Shown: in pieces, positions 57,969-64,000 of the stretch
How positions within the stretch are numbered: the first letter of the stretch is position 1
Layout: each line of letters begins with the position of its first letter
Assembly: GCA_018672475.1 (NCBI GenBank)
Contig: JABHFS010000052.1
Location: forward strand, 4,697 to 68,696
Direction: 5' to 3'
Origin: Gemmatimonadota bacterium
GTDB lineage: Bacteria; Latescibacterota; UBA2968; UBA8231
DNA: 64,000 nucleotides
Position numbers and translations under genes: made by a program
Notes under the pieces: model-generated
Told to the model about the DNA's origin: nothing
The model's database searches: none
Seen by the model: only the letters and a program-made list of their open reading frames with translations

Positions 57969-58808
57969 TCAGGCGAAGACCGTCAGACGCACCGGATTTT
58001 CGGGATTGACCGCCCACAGCTCTTCGGGATCGTAGACGCGCACCGTTTTGGGCGGCGCTTCGGGCATGCTCCAGTCGGGCTTGAAGCGCTGGATCAGGGC
58101 TTCAAGGTTTTTGTGGGCAATGCGATCTTTGAGGTCGTCGTCAATGGGCGCTTCTTCGATGGTCTTTTGCAATACTCTATAATCGTAATAGGGCAAGTCG
58201 GCGCCGAAGATCAGCCGCTCGCGACCCACCTTGTCGGCGAACCAGGCGAAATCCCACTCCGACCCCTGTCCGTCCGGATATTGCACGACCTCGAAGAAGA
58301 CATTGTCGTGTTTGGCCAGATGTTCGGCGCCCCAGGTGCTGGCGTGCGAGATAAAGGTGCAGTGCGGAAACATCGTGGCGATCTCGTCCATCAGCACGTT
58401 GTGCATATGCAGGTTGACCAGGCCTTCGCGGGCGGCAGCGGCTTCGACAAAGGGGATGCACCACTCGGCGATCGGTGGGTGGCCGACGATGCCGACCAGC
58501 CCCAACTCGCTCATGGCTTTTTCGGCTTCTTCGATGCCGAGTTTGCCGAAGCGCTCTTCGATGAGTGCTAGGCCGATGGGGAACACGCCGGGAAAGTCGC
58601 GGCAGCCGCGGGCGATCACTTCGTTTTGCTCGCGGATATCGACTATACCGCGGGTGATCGGGCTACCGACGGCGGTGGGCATTGAGATGGCGGCGTGGAT
58701 ATGGGTCTCGGCGAAACGGGTGAGGCACATCGCGGTGTTTTGGCCGACTGGTGGAACTCGGTCGATGGTGCGGCCGATATGGTTATGACAGTCGATATAG
58801 GGTCTCAT
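57969..58808 (-). CDS. amidohydrolase-2 family metal-dependent TIM-barrel hydrolase
   Basis: N-terminal IDCHNHIG metal-binding HxH motif, 279 aa. Confidence 0.7.
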   Translation of the reverse strand: MRPYIDCHNHIGRTIDRVPPVGQNTAMCLTRFAETHIHAAISMPTAVGSPITRGIVDIREQNEVIARGCRDFPGVFPIGLALIEERFGKLGIEEAEKAMSELGLVGIVGHPPIAEWCIPFVEAAAAREGLVNLHMHNVLMDEIATMFPHCTFISHASTWGAEHLAKHDNVFFEVVQYPDGQGSEWDFAWFADKVGRERLIFGADLPYYDYRVLQKTIEEAPIDDDLKDRIAHKNLEALIQRFKPDWSMPEAPPKTVRVYDPEELWAVNPENPVRLTVFA

Positions 58809-59855
58809 TTATAACTCCGTGAGGTCGATGGCGCGGCGCGCGTCACTGGCTAGGCGCGCCGCTTCAATGATAGCGAGATTGTGATGGGCCATTTCGCCGG
58901 TAATCGGTGGGGGAGATCCGGCGGCGAGGGCGGCGAAGGTGGCCTTCAGGTAGTCAGCGTGGCCGGTGCGGTTGTAATCGGTGACGTCGAGCGGGATTTC
59001 GGACCATTCGTGCGTTTCGCGCGCAAGGCGGTGCAGCGCGGTACCGCGGCCGACCATGCGCAGACAGTCGCCGCGCGTGTGCACCTCGCAGAGATTACCC
59101 AATTCGCCGGCCCCGGCCCCGGCCATGCCCCACGAGGTGGAGACGGTGGAGACGGCGCCGTTTTCGTGTTCGAGCAGCAACAGCGCCATATCGTCGACGT
59201 CGATATCGAAGAAGCGGGTTTGCACTCGGGCCTCGACATAGCGGACCGGCGAGCACATCAGGGTTTCGAGCGAATAGATTTCGTGATAGGCGGTATCGCC
59301 GATGCAGCCGCCGCCGGCCGCTTTCGAGGCGCGCCAGACCCTGGCCGGGCTGGAACTGTGGCGGTCGGCGGCCATGGGAAAGAGCGATTTGGCGCGGCCG
59401 ACCTGAGGGGCGGGTAAGTCGTTGTTGTGCAATAGCTCATAGGCGCGCAGGGCGCCGGGGGTGAAGACGGCGTTGTGCACGACGGTGTAGATGGTCTTAT
59501 GGCGCGCGACGGCATCGAGCACAGTGGCGGCTTCTTCCAATGAGGTGGCCATTGGTTTTTCGCTGATGACGGTCAGGCCGGCTTCGGTGGCGGCGATGAC
59601 TTGCTCGGCGTGCAGGTGGTGCGGGGTGGCGATGATAACGGCATCGAGCGGTGCTTTAGAGAGCATGTCGCGGTAGTCGGCGTAGTGCTGCTCGGCTGTC
59701 ACGCCGGTGGTTTCGCCGACGGTGGCGAGATTTTTTGGCATGGGGTCGGTCAACGCGGTGATTTGCACTTCGGCGAGGGTGAGCAGAGTGGGCAGGTGTT
59801 GTTGTTGGATGATGCCGCCGCAGCCGATTAGGCCGAGGCGAATAGGGGTTTTCAT
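58809..59855 (-). CDS. Gfo/Idh/MocA family NAD(P)-dependent oxidoreductase
   Basis: Rossmann N-terminus IRLGLIGCGGI, 348 aa. Confidence 0.85.
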   Translation of the reverse strand: MKTPIRLGLIGCGGIIQQQHLPTLLTLAEVQITALTDPMPKNLATVGETTGVTAEQHYADYRDMLSKAPLDAVIIATPHHLHAEQVIAATEAGLTVISEKPMATSLEEAATVLDAVARHKTIYTVVHNAVFTPGALRAYELLHNNDLPAPQVGRAKSLFPMAADRHSSSPARVWRASKAAGGGCIGDTAYHEIYSLETLMCSPVRYVEARVQTRFFDIDVDDMALLLLEHENGAVSTVSTSWGMAGAGAGELGNLCEVHTRGDCLRMVGRGTALHRLARETHEWSEIPLDVTDYNRTGHADYLKATFAALAAGSPPPITGEMAHHNLAIIEAARLASDARRAIDLTEL

Positions 59856-59970
59856 TGCAGCCTCTAGTGGTTGGAGGGGCTCTTGGAGGGGTTTATGCTA
59901 AGAATTAGAATTCAGGGTTTGTTGCGTGAAAAGAGCAACGAGTCCAAGAATTTCAAAAAGAAAATCAGAT

Positions 59971-60828
59971 CTAATTCGCTGCCATTTCCCCTTCGCGCGA
60001 GCGCTCCTGCAAATCGTAGAGCGAGACGATGGCGTCTTTGTATAAGGGAATGGGGAAGGAGCGGTCTTCGAAGCGTGCCTCTTGCGGGAATTGGCCGCGC
60101 ACTAGCCTCGCGTGCACCTCGGTTTTGTGGGTCATTTCGCCGGCGTATATGGGGAAGGCGTCGGCGCGGCGGTAGCTCAGGATCAGGGTGCGGCGCGGGC
60201 TGGTGGAGGTGTTGGCGATGGAGGCGTGCGGGGTCATCGCGTGCATGAAGATCACCGAGCCGGCGTTGCCTGGGACGGGGACGGCGAGCGATTCGTCGAC
60301 CGCTTCGGTGACCCGGCCCTGGAAGAAGCCGTCGGTGCTGTGCGAGAGCAGTTCGTCGCGGTGGCGGCGGGGGATCACTTGCAGGCAGCCGTTTTCGACG
60401 GTGGCGTCATCGAGGTAGAACAGGATGCTCACTGAGCCGCGATTGCTCAGCGGGTAATAGGAGAGGTCCTGGTGCCATTCGACGGCTGAGCCGACGCCGG
60501 CGGGTTTCATATTGATTTTGCTGTAGTGATAGACCAGGTCGGGGCCGAGCAGGGCTTCGACGGCGTCGAGCATTTTTTGCGAGCGGGAGAATGCGCCGAA
60601 AAGCTCGTATTCGCTGCAGGGCTCGTAGAGGCGGCGGACCTGGGTGCCGTCGGCGGGCTGGTTGGGTTCCATTTCCATGCGGGCGGCATCGTGCTCGGCG
60701 AGCGTGTTCCCGGCGCTGGCGGTGTCCATACCGTCGATGAAGGCGGTGACTTGCTCGGTGCTCAGGAAGTCGGGCACGACGATATAGCCTTCGGTATTGT
60801 AGTGGTCGACTTGCTCGGTGCTCAGCAT
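59971..60828 (-). CDS. phytanoyl-CoA dioxygenase (PhyH) family oxygenase, copy 2
   Basis: LSTEQVDHYNTEGYIVV, WHQD...H triad. Confidence 0.75.
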   Translation of the reverse strand: MLSTEQVDHYNTEGYIVVPDFLSTEQVTAFIDGMDTASAGNTLAEHDAARMEMEPNQPADGTQVRRLYEPCSEYELFGAFSRSQKMLDAVEALLGPDLVYHYSKINMKPAGVGSAVEWHQDLSYYPLSNRGSVSILFYLDDATVENGCLQVIPRRHRDELLSHSTDGFFQGRVTEAVDESLAVPVPGNAGSVIFMHAMTPHASIANTSTSPRRTLILSYRRADAFPIYAGEMTHKTEVHARLVRGQFPQEARFEDRSFPIPLYKDAIVSLYDLQERSREGEMAAN

Positions 60829-60841
60829 GGAGATTCTCCTT

Positions 60842-61714
60842 TTACCATTTCTCGATGGCGCCCATCAGCATCTTCTGCTCGTCGGTACCACTCTCGAGTA
60901 TCTTCTGCGCGATGGGGCCGTTGAAGGGCTCGCGGGATTTCATCCAGGCGGTCTGATAACACATCAGGCAGACGCGTCGGCGTTTTTTCGATTGATTGGC
61001 CGCGCCGCGGTGGTAGAGGCAGCCGTCGAATATCACCGCCTGGCCGGGTTTGGCGAGCACGCGTTTTTCCTCCGGGAAACGCGGGTGGCCTTCGGGTGGG
61101 CGGAAGAGCGCGCGGTGACTGCCGGGCACGATGACTACAGCGCCGTTTTCTGTGGTTAACTCGTCTAGATAATAACCGCAGTTGATCTGTCCTGGCAAGG
61201 CACCATAGGGCGTGCCGTCGGGGTCGACAGGCCAGGGCACGTCGCGGTGCCAGTTTTGGTCCTCTTGGCCTGGCTCGGTGACGCGGGAAGTGGCACTGTG
61301 CAGTTGCACGCAAGTACCTAAGATGGCCTGCATGCGTTGTAAGACGGGCGGATTGTCGAGCAGGAAGGCGAAGCGCTTGTCTTCTTCTAAGAGCTGGTCG
61401 GTAAACTGCTTGTCATTGCGTTTGAATGTCGCGTTGAGGGCGCTGCGCAGGGATTTGACCTGTTGTTGTGTGATGGCGTTATCAACGACGAGATAACCCC
61501 ATTTTTTGAAGAAGGCCACATCGCGGGCAATCTCGGGTGTTAGCTCGGGGTTTAGGTACTGGGGGTAGGGTGGTTTTTCCATATTGTCCGATAGGTCTTT
61601 CGCTGACGTTAGCGATCTATGATAATAATCCTTGGCAAGGTAGGGGATGGGGGGAAGGTTGTCCATAGATCGGGTGAAGAGGGCGTTTGGTGATTTTATA
61701 AGAAGCGCTAACAT
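60842..61714 (-). CDS. phytanoyl-CoA dioxygenase (PhyH) family oxygenase, copy 3 (start uncertain among three Met)
   Basis: FFKKWGYLVVDNAIT, WHRD...H triad; no SD at any candidate start. Confidence 0.7.
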   Translation of the reverse strand: MLALLIKSPNALFTRSMDNLPPIPYLAKDYYHRSLTSAKDLSDNMEKPPYPQYLNPELTPEIARDVAFFKKWGYLVVDNAITQQQVKSLRSALNATFKRNDKQFTDQLLEEDKRFAFLLDNPPVLQRMQAILGTCVQLHSATSRVTEPGQEDQNWHRDVPWPVDPDGTPYGALPGQINCGYYLDELTTENGAVVIVPGSHRALFRPPEGHPRFPEEKRVLAKPGQAVIFDGCLYHRGAANQSKKRRRVCLMCYQTAWMKSREPFNGPIAQKILESGTDEQKMLMGAIEKW

Positions 61715-61868
61715 AAAAGAGAGGCTGCCAGGATGTTCCCTAGGCGGCTTCTAATCCGCTTTGATTTAGTTTTTTAATCGCAGTGCATCGATAATAAGCG
61801 CCTACTAACCAGCGTTGGCTACAACAGCACGGTCGCGCCGTATTGTATTCGGCGTTTTCCTAAGCGGG

Positions 61869-62708
61869 TTATTGCAGGGCCGCGCTCGGCTCCCTATTCC
61901 AGGCCACAGGTTCGGCGGTGCCTTCGTAGATGGGAATGAAGTCGGCGGTGCGGGCTTTAGCCTCTTTGTCCCAGCCGTCGAATTCGCGTGGACGGGCGAT
62001 CGCGGCACGCAGACCGGCGGACAGCAGGTCGAAGTAGGGGAAATACCAGAGGGTGATCACCGTGCGGCGCAGGTCTGACTTATTGGCGTGCGCCGAATGC
62101 AGTAGGCGAGAGTCGCCGATAACCAGATCGCCGGCTTTGACGGGCACGTTGACTTCTTCGGGGATCGACTGATAGGCCGGGTGGTCGGGGTCGGTGACTC
62201 GGCGCAATTCGTCGGTGTGCGCGTTGGGGACTTCGTCGTGCATGCGGTGGCGATTGAGATGTGAGCCGCGCAACAGGCGCAGGCAGCCATTGCGCGGCGT
62301 GGTGTCGACGAGGTAGTACATCAGGAAAAGCTGCTGCGGCAAAGGTGTGTAGCTCGAAGGATCGTTCCAGCCCCACCAGTCTTGATGCCAAAAGAGCGCC
62401 GGGCTTTCGGGCGGTTTGCTGATGACATAACCCGACATCCATTTGGGGCGCAGGAATCCGAGGGCTTCGAGCACGGTGCGGGCGGGCGGGTAAACGACGA
62501 GTTCGGCGAATATGGGGTGTGAACCGACATCGACCATACTGCCGGTGGAACGTTGTTCGTCGTATTTCTCGTCGCTTTGCGCGTCGAGCAGTTGGTTGGT
62601 GGTTTGTTGCAGGCGGCTGAGCATATCGGGGTCGAGTACGTTTTCTGCTAGGCAGAAGCCGTCGGTGATGAGTTGCTCGAATTTCCCTTTGGGGTTTTGT
62701 AAGGGCAT
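61869..62708 (-). CDS. phytanoyl-CoA dioxygenase (PhyH) family oxygenase, copy 4
   Basis: FWHQDWWGW...GSHLNRH triad region, 279 aa. Confidence 0.75.
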   Translation of the reverse strand: MPLQNPKGKFEQLITDGFCLAENVLDPDMLSRLQQTTNQLLDAQSDEKYDEQRSTGSMVDVGSHPIFAELVVYPPARTVLEALGFLRPKWMSGYVISKPPESPALFWHQDWWGWNDPSSYTPLPQQLFLMYYLVDTTPRNGCLRLLRGSHLNRHRMHDEVPNAHTDELRRVTDPDHPAYQSIPEEVNVPVKAGDLVIGDSRLLHSAHANKSDLRRTVITLWYFPYFDLLSAGLRAAIARPREFDGWDKEAKARTADFIPIYEGTAEPVAWNREPSAALQ

Positions 62709-62743
62709 GAGTTGGGTTTCCGCCGGTTGGTGTTGTGGTGTTG

Positions 62744-62775
62744 CGCTCGGCCAGGGGTATCTCCCTGGCCGAGCG
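62744..62775. promoter_or_regulatory. perfect 13-bp-arm palindrome (CGCTCGGCCAGGG-gtatct-CCCTGGCCGAGCG) upstream of the oxygenase cluster
   Basis: Read directly; lies 36 bp upstream of the first minus-strand PhyH gene start. Confidence 0.45.
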
Positions 62776-62960
62776 CTGGACGCACCGAGTCTATAGATGA
62801 AGATCGTTAAGTTCTGGCAAGGTAGGGTATGAGGGAGGAGGTGTCCAGATTAAGGTTGAAACGCGGTAGTTTAATCGCATCCCCCTATTGCTTATATTAC
62901 CGGCCTTCGCCGTCCCTTGTAGATATGTACTACGCCGGGAATAGTTGATAGTTTTGCGGG

Positions 62961-63299
62961 TTGTTGTCCTTTGTCTGCTCTATGTTTTGCGCCCAACTGC
63001 GGGTGCTCGACTTAGACGAGTGTATGGACCGGACGGATTTTACGACTTCGGTCGATTTGCTCGCGGCGCTTGTCCATCTGGGCCTGCAGAGCATGTCCGG
63101 CGATGAGGTCGCGCACCGTCTGCGCGAAGTTGACGCCTCGCTGGCGATAGTGCTCATTACCGGGTGGAAACTCGAAGTTGACACCTCGCGCTTGGCGGCG
63201 TTCGACTTTTATTTGCACAAACCCTTTGGCCCTCTGCAAAGGGCACAGACAGTGGTCCAGCGGGCTGTAGACCTGCACCAGCAACCGATTGAAGGTTAA
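62961..63299 (+). CDS. receiver-domain-like fragment (lacks N-terminal half of REC fold); possible remnant
   Basis: DLLAALVHLGLQSMSGDEVAHRLREVDASLAIVLITGW...FDFYLHKPF resembles beta3-alpha5 of CheY-like receivers; preceded by in-frame stop, TTG/ATG start ambiguous. Confidence 0.3.
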   Translation: MLSFVCSMFCAQLRVLDLDECMDRTDFTTSVDLLAALVHLGLQSMSGDEVAHRLREVDASLAIVLITGWKLEVDTSRLAAFDFYLHKPFGPLQRAQTVVQRAVDLHQQPIEG

Positions 63300-63344
63300 T
63301 TTCGTGTCTTATTTACCCCATTATACATTTTTAAAGGAGCAAGC

Positions 63345-64000
63345 ATGAGCTATCTAAATCCGCGCGCTATCGAGATCGACACGCCGATGCCCCCCCCAGC
63401 ATGGGCGGTGCTGGAGTGGGAGCTTATTCGCGCGCAGACCCGGGGTTGTACGGAGTTTTTTGAAAAATATTTCGACGAGCGCGGCTATCTGGAATGCCTG
63501 GCGCGGTGGGGAGGGAACGATGGGCCGGACGACGCGATCGAAAATTTGGTGCACTGGCCGGTGCTCTACGTGCTGGGCGGTGCGGATCACTTATATGATA
63601 TGTGCCAGTTGGGTTGGGAAGGGCATATAAAGCAGTATACCGAGGCCAAGACGACCGAGGTGCCCTTTACCCGGGACGGGATGTATTATCGCGAATTTCC
63701 GGTGATGTTCGACTGGGTGCACAACGGGGAGGGGCTGACGACCTTTAACTTGCACGGGCTAATACAGCCGCGCGAGCGGGAGTTCGAAAATAGAGTTCGG
63801 CGCTTTGCCGGCTTCTATATGGGCAACGACCCGCAGTCGCCAAACTACGACCCCGAACATAAGATTATCCGCAGCCTGATCAACGGCAGCCGTGGCCCAA
63901 TGTTGCGCAAGGCCACTGCACTCGACTGGGCCGGCGACCCGCTCGACGAGGTACAGGAGCGCTTTATTCCGTTGCACGGCGAGCGCAACTTCGAGGAGAT
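63345..64000 (+). CDS. hypothetical protein, 3'-partial (runs off window end)
   Basis: ATG 63345 preceded by AAAGGAG with 5-nt spacer; open frame to position 64000; not in supplied ORF track. Confidence 0.6.
   Translation, partial: MSYLNPRAIEIDTPMPPPAWAVLEWELIRAQTRGCTEFFEKYFDERGYLECLARWGGNDGPDDAIENLVHWPVLYVLGGADHLYDMCQLGWEGHIKQYTEAKTTEVPFTRDGMYYREFPVMFDWVHNGEGLTTFNLHGLIQPREREFENRVRRFAGFYMGNDPQSPNYDPEHKIIRSLINGSRGPMLRKATALDWAGDPLDEVQERFIPLHGERNFEE

Overview
This is a high-GC (about 55-60% by eye) bacterial chromosomal segment. Most of it is conserved housekeeping genes, with several accessory patches.

Core content, left to right:
- mnmE (5' partial) and rsmG.
- A CDP-alcohol phosphatidyltransferase, tmk and a carboxy-terminal processing protease.
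- rng, rplU and rpmA.
- A Bacillus-type sdhCAB operon on the minus strand, divergent from sucCD.
- A CPBP protease, a di-heme cytochrome c and two glycosyltransferases (GT2/GT4).
- A small regulatory island: a transcriptional regulator of the XRE family (phage-repressor-like helix-turn-helix), a HEAT-repeat lipoprotein and an anti-sigma factor with a zf-HC2 zinc finger (Pfam family name).
- Two tandem bifunctional-nuclease/UVR paralogs.
- A System I cytochrome c maturation operon (ccmE-F-H-x-x-A-B-C-D) whose CcmE carries the variant CxxxY haem-binding motif.
- An RNA methyltransferase-like gene.
- An operon of TPR protein, Crp/Fnr regulator, sigma-54 enhancer-binding protein and HtrA.
- ispE, tRNA-Gln, rplY, pth, the H+-pyrophosphatase hppA, rpsF, a DUF2232-like membrane protein and rplI.

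Accessory content:
- A tRNA-Sec-like gene abutting an intact IS3-family insertion sequence.
- A three-gene cell-surface operon: an EF-hand protein, a leucine-rich-repeat lipoprotein, and a discoidin-domain protein with a type IX secretion (T9SS) C-terminal sorting domain.
- An 11-kb minus-strand cluster. It holds four PhyH-family Fe(II)/2-oxoglutarate dioxygenases, a Gfo/Idh/MocA oxidoreductase, an amidohydrolase-2, a mutarotase-like protein, an aldolase-like protein and a PHP phosphatase. Inside it, a cobalamin-binding protein lies in frame with a hybrid histidine kinase, separated only by a single stop codon.

The T9SS-type sorting domain suggests an FCB-superphylum-like lineage, but this is inference. 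I found no CRISPR array, no rRNA and no recognisable defence system. The most novel-looking element is the oxygenase-rich cluster with its B12-linked sensor.
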